Of a DNA stretch of 64,000 bases, positions 56,665 through 64,000 are shown piece by piece. Source of the DNA: an uncultured candidate division Zixibacteria bacterium (GTDB lineage Bacteria > Zixibacteria > MSB-5A5 > GN15 > FEB-12); assembly GCA_963664195.1 (NCBI GenBank), contig OY760907.1:2208001-2272000 (forward strand), given 5' to 3'. A program made the position numbers and the translations under genes. The notes under the pieces were generated by a model. The model did no database searches. It saw nothing but the letters and a program-made list of their open reading frames with translations, and was not told the origin of the DNA. How positions within the stretch are numbered: position 1 is the first letter of the stretch; each line of letters opens with the position of its first letter.

Positions 56665-57189
56665 ATGCGGCACGCAGTAAAGATAAGAGGTCTGGCAACT
56701 GTTCTGCTTGTTGCCCTTACGGTTATTGGAATCTGTGGAACGGCCTTTGCTGGCAAACTACAGTTGCCGCAGGGGACCGAACTGAAGGTTAAGTTCGCCG
56801 CTGACGCCAAAATCAACTCGGGTGCTTCCACACCGGGCGACGTAGTAGCTATAGAACTGGCCGAGCCGATCACCCTGGCCGGACAGGTCATTGTCGAGAA
56901 GGGTGCCGCAGGCACCGCGATTGTCGATCAGGTCAAGCCGAGCGGTCGAGGCGGCAAACCGGGATACATCACGGTAAAGTTCGCCGATATGGAACCCTCG
57001 GGTGCATTCAAAGTCGTTGGCGACGGTAAGATCATGCTGTCAGGCGTTGCCGAGGGCGAGGGCAAAGGCAAAAAGACGTTGTCCTATCTTTTCATCTTTG
57101 GACTGTTCATCAAGGGCGGACAGGGCGAAATCGTCGCCGGTCAAACGTACACGGCGACAATTGCCGAGAACGTGCTTCTAGAAAACTAG
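56665..57189 (+). CDS. Exported beta-rich protein, VirB10/TrbI-like fold
   Basis: AAGGAG RBS, Sec signal (AFA), LPQGTELKV...S....GD.V...LAEPI...G.VIV.KG....A.V..V...GRGGKPG.I.V.F, hydrophobic TLSYLFIFGLFIKG, EIVAGQ. Confidence 0.5.
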   Translation: MRHAVKIRGLATVLLVALTVIGICGTAFAGKLQLPQGTELKVKFAADAKINSGASTPGDVVAIELAEPITLAGQVIVEKGAAGTAIVDQVKPSGRGGKPGYITVKFADMEPSGAFKVVGDGKIMLSGVAEGEGKGKKTLSYLFIFGLFIKGGQGEIVAGQTYTATIAENVLLEN

Positions 57190-57292
57190 ACGGTCAGTCG
57201 TCATATTCAATATCCGGTCCACTCCTTAGTAGGAGGCATTGTCGAAGACGATTATGCCCGTTGGTGAGGTGCGCCGGGCAGGGGAGGTTTTC

Positions 57293-58909
57293 ATGTCTAA
57301 TCGTACCGTTTCTTTCAGGGAACTGACCGTTGCCACGGTTTCGTGTCTGCTGTTGTTCTTCTGCTTTATCTGCTTGTTCGGGTGTGGCGAAAAAGATGCC
57401 TGGGCGGAAGTGGAGGAGATCGTAAACGGCGAAGTCACTTACGGCGTGGACCAGTTCGTTCTGGACAAGTTGGAAGAGAACCGCATCGTCATGATGGCCG
57501 ATTGCGGCCACGGCTATCGTCTGTACTTGCAGAGCGTCATCAGCGTACTTGACCACTGGTTGAAAGTGAACACTGAAGCCGAAGGCAACGTCGCGCAGGT
57601 GTGCCCGAGTCTCATCCTTGTGCTGGAGAGGGACTCGGTCAAGCTGAGAGAGACTTTGGAGTGGTCTGAGAACGGGGGGCCGTGGTGGGATGACTATTGT
57701 GCATCGATGTACTCTCCGCATCGCACGACAGCCTCTATCGAATTTCACAAAGACATCGTCTGTATTAGAAACGCGGTGGAGGAATACAACGAACGATGTG
57801 CTATGGACAAACGACTCGACTTCCATGTCTTCGGACCCGAAATGCCGATTGATCCCGATCAGTGGTCAGTCGAGCAAGGAAGGCAGTTTTTTCTCCATGA
57901 GAGGGACGAGTATTCGTCCCAAAAGGTTATTGATCTGCTGGAACGATGTCCGGAGAGCAAGGCACTGATATTCTATGGCAGTGCCCACCTCGAGAAGGGA
58001 CTGGTGACGAAGCCTGCCTGCCCGTTAGAAGCCGAGGGTTACTACCTTGCTCACTACCTGACTGAACGCTTTGCTGCCGATGGCGGAGTGTACACCATGG
58101 TGCAGACTCCCGTTGATCGAGGACCATGGGCGCTGCGGACACATCAAGGACATCCCGAGGTCGACTTCATGGTTGAACGCCAGACCCTGGATCGCTTGGC
58201 AGATTGCGGAAACTTGCCCGAATCGAAGGTGGATGCTCTGGCGGTTTTGTACGGAGACTCGGCGTTGGGGATGTCGGTTTCGCATGTGTTCACTGCCAGT
58301 TCGGTGCAGTGTACGATAGATAGATTGCCGGGGATTGTCGATACGGCAAACGATTTTCGCACCTTGAACCGTCGATCATCCGAATGGTACTTGTCCGTAA
58401 TCAGCGGGAGAATGCCGGACAGTGTTAGCCTCAACGATCCGGCGATGATTGATCTAGCGGTTGCGAAATGGCAGGCGTGGTATGAATCAAGCGATCTCAA
58501 CCTTATGGCAGACATCGAGAACTTGGCGATTTGGAGCCGACTCATCGACAACCTTGCGGCGGCACCTGTCGATGCAGAGGAATACTGCCGCAATCTGTTG
58601 CTGAGAACCTTCCAGATTGAGAAGCCCTGGGAATGGAGGGACACGATTCCCGCCCCCTCTGCCCAGGCTGCATTCTTCCGCGAGTACCTCAGGCAAAACG
58701 AAAGGCAGCTGGTGATCGAACAGTTGGTCGGGCTTCTCTGGATAGGCACGCCCGAGGAACAGAAGCAAGCGGCAGAGTTACTAGTTGATATGACCGGCGA
58801 AAACTACGAGACTCCAAAGGAATGGATGAACTGGTGGTACAAATCGCTCACGAAGGGTGAATTGAGGCGGGTCGAAGTTGACCCCGACCTGCTGGAAGGG
58901 CACATCTAG
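57293..58909 (+). CDS. Lipoprotein with EreA/ChaN/TIKI-like N-terminal domain
   Basis: GGAGG RBS, lipobox LFGC, IVMMADCGHG, LILVLE, ERD, KALIFYGSAHL. Confidence 0.5.
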   Translation: MSNRTVSFRELTVATVSCLLLFFCFICLFGCGEKDAWAEVEEIVNGEVTYGVDQFVLDKLEENRIVMMADCGHGYRLYLQSVISVLDHWLKVNTEAEGNVAQVCPSLILVLERDSVKLRETLEWSENGGPWWDDYCASMYSPHRTTASIEFHKDIVCIRNAVEEYNERCAMDKRLDFHVFGPEMPIDPDQWSVEQGRQFFLHERDEYSSQKVIDLLERCPESKALIFYGSAHLEKGLVTKPACPLEAEGYYLAHYLTERFAADGGVYTMVQTPVDRGPWALRTHQGHPEVDFMVERQTLDRLADCGNLPESKVDALAVLYGDSALGMSVSHVFTASSVQCTIDRLPGIVDTANDFRTLNRRSSEWYLSVISGRMPDSVSLNDPAMIDLAVAKWQAWYESSDLNLMADIENLAIWSRLIDNLAAAPVDAEEYCRNLLLRTFQIEKPWEWRDTIPAPSAQAAFFREYLRQNERQLVIEQLVGLLWIGTPEEQKQAAELLVDMTGENYETPKEWMNWWYKSLTKGELRRVEVDPDLLEGHI

Positions 58910-58912
58910 TCG

Positions 58913-60448
58913 GTGCAGAAAAACAACGACAGCGAGAGGCACAGTCTCAAACAGACAATCGGGCTCTATGCCGGTCCGATAGTAGCACTCAGTATTCTGT
59001 TTTTCGCCGACCTCGATCCTTCCAATCCTCTTGTCACGCGCGCTGCAGCCGTTGCCGTGTTGATGGCCGTCTGGTGGATTACCGAGGCTATCCCCATTCC
59101 CGCGACCGCGCTCCTTCCGGTAGCTTTGTTCCCGCTGCTGGGAATCATGAAAGGCAAAGAAGTCGCCGGGACCTATTTCAACAGTATAATCTTCCTGTTC
59201 ATTGGCGGATTCATCATGGCGCTCGCTATGCAGCGATGGAACCTGCACCGCAGGATCGCGCTCAAAACGATGCTTCTGATCGGCTCCTCGCCAAATCGAA
59301 TCCTGCTCGGGTTCATGGCCGCAACCGCCTTTCTCTCGATGTGGATTTCCAACACGGCGACAACGATGATGATGGTGCCAATCGCGATGGCCGTCATTGT
59401 GAAGATCAAAGAGGAATCGCCCGACAACACCGGCTCACGTTTTGCGGTCGGTCTGTTGATCGGCATCGCCTATTCTGCGTCCATCGGAGGCATCGCGACT
59501 TTGATCGGGACGCCCCCGAATCTGTCGTTTTCGCGCATATTTGCGATCTATTTCCCCAACGCGCCTGAGATCACGTTTGCCGGCTGGATGGCATTCGGTC
59601 TGCCGGTGTCGATTGTGTTTCTCGCGATTGCCTGGGCACTTCTGGCTTTTTTGTTCGGTCCCGGTAAGAGAAAGATGACTGCTGGCCGTGACCTGTTCCG
59701 TGAGGAATACAAACGGCTTGGCCGAATGTCATTTGAGGAAAATGCCGTGCTGGTAATGTTTGTCCTGTTGGCCCTGCTGTGGCTTCTGAGAAAAGAGATC
59801 GTGCTCGGCTCGTTCACGATTCCCGGTTGGTCGACAATCCTGCCGGTGCCTGCGTTTGTCGACGACGGTACGGTTGCGATTGCTGTCGCGTTACTGCTCT
59901 TCCTGATTCCTTCTCGCACTAAACCGGGCAAACGCCTGATGAACTGGACCACCGCCCAGAAACTGCATTGGGGTATTGTGATCCTTTTTGGTGGCGGATT
60001 TGCCCTGGCCAGCGGATTCAAGGAATCCGGACTCGCCGTCTGGGTTGCCGAACAGGCGGCTGGATTGGCCGGACTATCTCCTGTGTTGCTCGTAGCGTGG
60101 GTGTCGACGACACTGACCTTCTTAACTGAGCTGACTTCAAACACAGCCACGACCGAGATGATCCTGCCGTTGCTCGGCTCGCTGGCGGTAGCCATCAAGG
60201 TCAACCCGCTGCTATTAATGATCCCGGCGACTTTGTCCGCCTCCTGTGCCTTCATGCTGCCCGTTGCCACGCCGCCGAATGCGATTGTATTCGGCACCGG
60301 AGAGGTACGGATGGCTGACATGATCCGTGTGGGAATCTTCATGAATATCATTGGTGTTGTGTTGATAACGTCCTTCATTTATCTATTAGGATTGCCTGTG
60401 TTCGATATTGATCCCGGCGTACTGCCGGACTGGGCGATATCCGGTTAG
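58913..60448 (+). CDS. SLC13/DASS sodium:dicarboxylate or sulfate symporter
   Basis: WWITEAIP, LHRRIAL, SMWISNTAT, GTPPN, ELTSNTAT, AFMLPVATPPNAI. Confidence 0.95.
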   Translation: MQKNNDSERHSLKQTIGLYAGPIVALSILFFADLDPSNPLVTRAAAVAVLMAVWWITEAIPIPATALLPVALFPLLGIMKGKEVAGTYFNSIIFLFIGGFIMALAMQRWNLHRRIALKTMLLIGSSPNRILLGFMAATAFLSMWISNTATTMMMVPIAMAVIVKIKEESPDNTGSRFAVGLLIGIAYSASIGGIATLIGTPPNLSFSRIFAIYFPNAPEITFAGWMAFGLPVSIVFLAIAWALLAFLFGPGKRKMTAGRDLFREEYKRLGRMSFEENAVLVMFVLLALLWLLRKEIVLGSFTIPGWSTILPVPAFVDDGTVAIAVALLLFLIPSRTKPGKRLMNWTTAQKLHWGIVILFGGGFALASGFKESGLAVWVAEQAAGLAGLSPVLLVAWVSTTLTFLTELTSNTATTEMILPLLGSLAVAIKVNPLLLMIPATLSASCAFMLPVATPPNAIVFGTGEVRMADMIRVGIFMNIIGVVLITSFIYLLGLPVFDIDPGVLPDWAISG

Positions 60449-60679
60449 CATCCCCCGTGAACCAGTTATCCACATTCTGTGTTTTCCTGCCGAAATTCTG
60501 GAACCACCTGACTTTGTGGCACGTTCTTCGAGGGAATGGTACGTACAGGTTGAACGCCGCTAACACAGGCTGCATAACCCATATTTGTTGACATGCTCCC
60601 AGGTCTGTCGTTACATGGTGCGGTCTGGTACGTAAAATAGATAATACCGATTTTTACTTGATACGTAGAGGTTATCCTG

Positions 60680-61495
60680 ATGGAAAACTGGATGGAAATT
60701 GTACAGACGTATGCAACTGAGTACGGACTCAATATCATAGCAGCGGTTGCTATTCTCATCATCGGTCGCATAGTGGTTGGTATGCTCACCGGTGTCGTCA
60801 AGCGATTGATGAAAAAGGCGAACGTCGAAGATACTCTGACGAGGTTTGTGGCCAGCCTTACGCGCATCGCTCTGATGGTCTTCGTGTTCATTGCCGCGCT
60901 CGATCAGCTTGGTGTCGAGACCGCCTCGTTTATTGCCATCATCGGTGCGGCCGGTTTGGCAGTCGGTTTTGCTTTGCAGGGTTCCCTGTCGAACTTTGCA
61001 TCCGGTGTGATGTTGATCATGTTCCGCCCGTTCAAAGCCGGCGACTTCGTTGAGGCAGGTGGCACCGCCGGCGTGGTAGACGCTATTCGTATCTTCAACA
61101 CGATTCTCAAGACCCCGGACAATAAGACAGTTATCGTTCCGAATAGCGGCATTACCGGCGGCAACATCGTCAACTATTCCGCTCAGGAGACGCGCCGTGT
61201 GGATATGGTCTTCGGCATCGGCTATGGCGATGACATCAAGAAAGCCAAGGAAATACTGCATAAGATACTCGACGACGACCCGCGCATACTGAAGGATCCG
61301 GCGCCGGTGGTTGTGGTTGGCGAGCTTGCCGATAGCTCGGTGAACTTCAACGTTCGCCCGTGGGTGAAGACTGCTGACTATTGGGGCGTTTACGGCGATG
61401 TTCACGAAAGAGTCAAGTTGACTTTTGACGAACAGAATATCTCTATACCCTTCCCGCAACAGGACGTTCACATGCACCAAGTCACCAATTCCTAA
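60680..61495 (+). CDS. mscS: Small-conductance mechanosensitive channel
   Basis: GAAGLAVGFALQGSLSNFASG, FRPFKAGD, VPNS, RRVDMVFGIGY, LADSSVN, IPFPQQDVH. Confidence 0.95.
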   Translation: MENWMEIVQTYATEYGLNIIAAVAILIIGRIVVGMLTGVVKRLMKKANVEDTLTRFVASLTRIALMVFVFIAALDQLGVETASFIAIIGAAGLAVGFALQGSLSNFASGVMLIMFRPFKAGDFVEAGGTAGVVDAIRIFNTILKTPDNKTVIVPNSGITGGNIVNYSAQETRRVDMVFGIGYGDDIKKAKEILHKILDDDPRILKDPAPVVVVGELADSSVNFNVRPWVKTADYWGVYGDVHERVKLTFDEQNISIPFPQQDVHMHQVTNS

Positions 61496-61506
61496 CGGAG
61501 GATATC

Positions 61507-62409
61507 ATGTCACTTTTTAAGAGACTAAGCTCGATTGCATTTATTGTCTGTATTACTCTAATCGGAACGGCTTCGGCCCAGGATGCTGAAGCACCGGTCG
61601 GTTGGAATACCGCGCTTTCCCTCGATTTCACGACAACGCAAGCTGCTTACTCAGACTCATGGGCCGGCGGTGAAGCCGGGTCGTTCAGTTGGGTAACCAA
61701 CCTTAACGGTACTGCCGAGAAGGCGCTCTCCCCGAAGTTCAATTTCAGGTCGGCCTTGAAGGTCTCATTTGGTCAAACGATGAGTCAGGATGCCGAGACG
61801 AAGAAGTGGAAGAAGCCGGCCAAGTCGACCGATCTGATCGATTGGGAAAACGTCGGCCGCTTCACCCTGCACAAGTACGTTGATCCGTTTGTCGCTTTCC
61901 GCGTAGAGACGCAGTTTCTCAACGCTTCGCATCCTGACAAGAATCTGTATCTGTCGCCGATGAGATTTACCGAGTCGGCCGGTATCGCCCGGAAGTTCTA
62001 CACCAAAGACGATGACCAGATTCTCTCTCGATTGGGTTTCGCCATGCGTCAGACTATGACGAAGAGCATTATCGACGATGATCTGAACACGGAAACCGTG
62101 ACTGAGACGGACGGCGGTCTTGAGTCCGTCACGGACGTTGTCCTTACGGTCAACGAGCGGATGAAGTACACCGGCAAGCTGACCTTGTACAAGGCGGTGA
62201 CCTACTCCAAGAAGGATGAGGTCGCAGGCGAAGTGTACGCAGATTATTGGAAGGCTATCGACATCAACTGGGAGAACATTGTGAATGCTCAGTTGTCGAA
62301 GGTTATCGCGGTGAATTTCTACACGCAGATTCTGTATGACAAGCAGGTAGAACTCCGCGCCCGTTTCAAAGAGACGCTTGGCATCGGGTTTGTCTTCAAG
62401 CTGATGTAG
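61507..62409 (+). CDS. DUF3078-like outer-membrane beta-barrel protein
   Basis: Signal peptide, TQAAYSDSWAGG, KSTDLID, TQF, INWEN, LYD, C-terminal amphipathic strand ETLGIGFVFKL. Confidence 0.75.
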   Translation: MSLFKRLSSIAFIVCITLIGTASAQDAEAPVGWNTALSLDFTTTQAAYSDSWAGGEAGSFSWVTNLNGTAEKALSPKFNFRSALKVSFGQTMSQDAETKKWKKPAKSTDLIDWENVGRFTLHKYVDPFVAFRVETQFLNASHPDKNLYLSPMRFTESAGIARKFYTKDDDQILSRLGFAMRQTMTKSIIDDDLNTETVTETDGGLESVTDVVLTVNERMKYTGKLTLYKAVTYSKKDEVAGEVYADYWKAIDINWENIVNAQLSKVIAVNFYTQILYDKQVELRARFKETLGIGFVFKLM

Positions 62410-62480
62410 ACAGGATGTCGGGTTTCTCATCCGCAAGGTTTGCGGATTCGGAACACCGAGGTGCAAGAGATCGCATACGA

Positions 62481-62515
62481 AAACCGGCAGAGCATTTTGC
62501 TCTGCCGGTTTGTTT
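62481..62515. terminator. Bidirectional terminator between convergent genes
   Basis: AAACCGGCAGAGCA-ttt-TGCTCTGCCGGTTT perfect stem with A- and T-rich flanks. Confidence 0.8.
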
Positions 62516-62527
62516 ATTATGAGTCAG

Positions 62528-63766
62528 TCACACTGAGCTTGTCGAAGTGTGCACCTTCATCTCTTTCGTCTGGCCGATTACCGCGGCACCGACCGAGTCG
62601 CCCCAGACGTTCACCGTCGTGCGGCACCGGTCAAGGAACCAGTCAATCGCAAAGATCAACCCGATGCCTTCCATCGGCAGGTTCACTGCTGAGAGCACCA
62701 TCACCATCATCACCGTCCCGGCGTGGGGGATGCCCGCCGCGCCAATGGAGGCAAGAGTTGCGGTGAGGAAGATAATCACCTGTTGGCCCAGAGTCAGGTC
62801 AATGCCGGATATCTGTGCGATGAACATTGCCGCAACAGCCTCATAGAGCGCAGTACCGTCCATGTTGATAGTCGCGCCCAACGGCAGCACAAATGAGGCG
62901 GCGCGCGGGTCAACGTGGTTTTTGTTCTCGACCGCATCGATAGTAATCGGCAGAGTCGCCGAGGACGAAGCGGTCGTAAACGCGGTCGCGAGTGCCTCGC
63001 CGACGCCCACGAAATATCTCCAGGGGTTCTTTTTGCCGAAAAACGAAAGCAACAACGGGAGCGTGACGAGCGCGTGAAAAAGCAGTCCCGCGATCACCGT
63101 CAGCGAATACATGCCGAGGCCGGAAATCAACTGATCGAACGAATCTCGTTCTTCTGCCACAATGCCGCCGATCAATGCCATCACACCTATCGGGGCGAAG
63201 TAGATTATCAAGTTGACGATCTTCATCATTGCGGCGTTGATGCCGCCGAACAACTCGACTACCGGTTTGCCCTTCTCGCCGATGACCGTTAACACGCCGC
63301 CAAACAAGAGGGAGAACACAATCAACGGGAGTATCTGGCCCTCGGCGGCTGACTTGATCACGTTTGGTGTGACGAGGCCGTTGAGGACATCCATGATCCC
63401 CTTGCCCTGCCCTTTGGCGACAACATCCGGTACGGTTGTCTCCCATATTTCAACCCCTACGCCCGGTTGGAGGATGTTGACCAAAACCAACCCGACCAAT
63501 ACCGAAGCCCCCGTGGTGAATAGGTAAAACAACAGGGTCTTCACACCCGTACGCCCGAGCGTGCGAACATCGCCCAGCGAGGTAACGCCGATAATCATCG
63601 AGGCCACAACAAGCGGTATGACGACCATTTTGAGACTGTTCAAGAAGATCGTGCCGAGAAACTTGAGGTGGAGCATCGTGTCCCCGAGGAAGAGTCCCCC
63701 GAGCACGCCAAGTACGGCGCCGCCGATCATGCCCAGCAGAATGAGATTGCCGGTCTTAGTCGTCAT
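62528..63766 (-). CDS. Dicarboxylate/amino acid:cation symporter (DAACS, GltP-like)
   Basis: AFTTASSSATLP, LPLGATINMDGTALYE, SIGAAGIP, DWFLDRCRTTVNVWGD. Confidence 0.95.
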   Translation of the reverse strand: MTTKTGNLILLGMIGGAVLGVLGGLFLGDTMLHLKFLGTIFLNSLKMVVIPLVVASMIIGVTSLGDVRTLGRTGVKTLLFYLFTTGASVLVGLVLVNILQPGVGVEIWETTVPDVVAKGQGKGIMDVLNGLVTPNVIKSAAEGQILPLIVFSLLFGGVLTVIGEKGKPVVELFGGINAAMMKIVNLIIYFAPIGVMALIGGIVAEERDSFDQLISGLGMYSLTVIAGLLFHALVTLPLLLSFFGKKNPWRYFVGVGEALATAFTTASSSATLPITIDAVENKNHVDPRAASFVLPLGATINMDGTALYEAVAAMFIAQISGIDLTLGQQVIIFLTATLASIGAAGIPHAGTVMMVMVLSAVNLPMEGIGLIFAIDWFLDRCRTTVNVWGDSVGAAVIGQTKEMKVHTSTSSV

Positions 63767-63867
63767 TGCGGAATCCTTTCGAGGTCGGAATCACGTTGCA
63801 TAGAACTATCTATCAGTAACGAATGAACGGCGACATATCAACAAGGTTTTTGCGGAAGCTGAGGGGC

Positions 63868-63999
63868 CTACAGACCCATCCGGACGAAATAGTCTTTCAA
63901 GGCAGCTCGGACTTTTCCCGATAGCAGGAGCGCGCCAACAAGCGTGGGGATAGCCATCATCGCAAAACAGGTGTCGATTATGTTCACCACCGTCCCCGG
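63868..63999 (-). CDS. C-terminus of an alanine/glycine:cation symporter (AGCS family), partial
   Basis: Manual translation PGTVVNIIDTCFAMMAIPTLVGALLLSGKVRAALKDYFVRMGL* fits the AGCS C-terminal pattern D...AxMAIP.L...LLLS..V....KDY; absent from the ORF track. Confidence 0.75.
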   Translation of the reverse strand, partial: PGTVVNIIDTCFAMMAIPTLVGALLLSGKVRAALKDYFVRMGL

Positions 64000-64000
64000 A

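Noticed and set aside
42108..57189. Interpretation as a prophage tail, tailocin or eCIS
   Set aside because: No capsid, terminase, tape-measure, tail-fibre or lysis genes; the two-gene TssB/TssC sheath, ClpV, TssK and membrane proteins point to a T6SS
1..64000. CRISPR array, rRNA, tRNA, integrase or transposase genes
   Set aside because: No regularly spaced direct repeats, cloverleaf or rRNA-like segments, or recombinase motifs were recognised by eye; tRNAscan/Infernal would be needed to exclude small RNAs

Overview
Bacterial chromosomal segment, probably from candidate phylum Zixibacteria. This is inferred from two secreted proteins ending in duplicated dockerin-like 'GDLTxxIxHLFISL' tails. 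The left half (1-34.8 kb) is mostly housekeeping and envelope genes: mreB (partial), gyrA, lptB-rpoN-glpX-hpf, an NtrY/NtrX-like sigma54 two-component system, lpoB and sugar-nucleotide enzymes. It also holds an AAA_21/DUF4276 candidate defence pair, a secreted agmatine/peptidylarginine deiminase, a GTAG-type REP repeat family and an amber-interrupted XylR_N/V4R gene. The main feature is a ~22 kb contractile type VI secretion locus (35.0-57.2 kb). Its sheath, tube and baseplate genes (tssB, tssC, tssD, vgrG, tssE, tssF, tssG, tssK) look like the Bacteroidota T6SS-iii type, but no tssN/O/P/Q/R is recognisable. Instead, tssK is followed by a tail-anchored TssL-topology protein, a TssM-like GTPase-TM protein and a small exported VirB10/TrbI-like protein, suggesting a possibly undescribed hybrid T6SS subtype. 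Other oddities in the locus: ClpV split into two translationally coupled genes, tssF broken by a T10 homopolymer (T9 restores the frame), a PASTA-like domain on TssG, and a PAAR cassette with repeated transthyretin-like adaptor domains, an Eag/DcrB chaperone and two candidate effectors. The right end holds transporters (DASS, MscS, DUF3078 barrel, DAACS, partial AGCS). All family assignments come from recognising motifs by eye; no searches were run.
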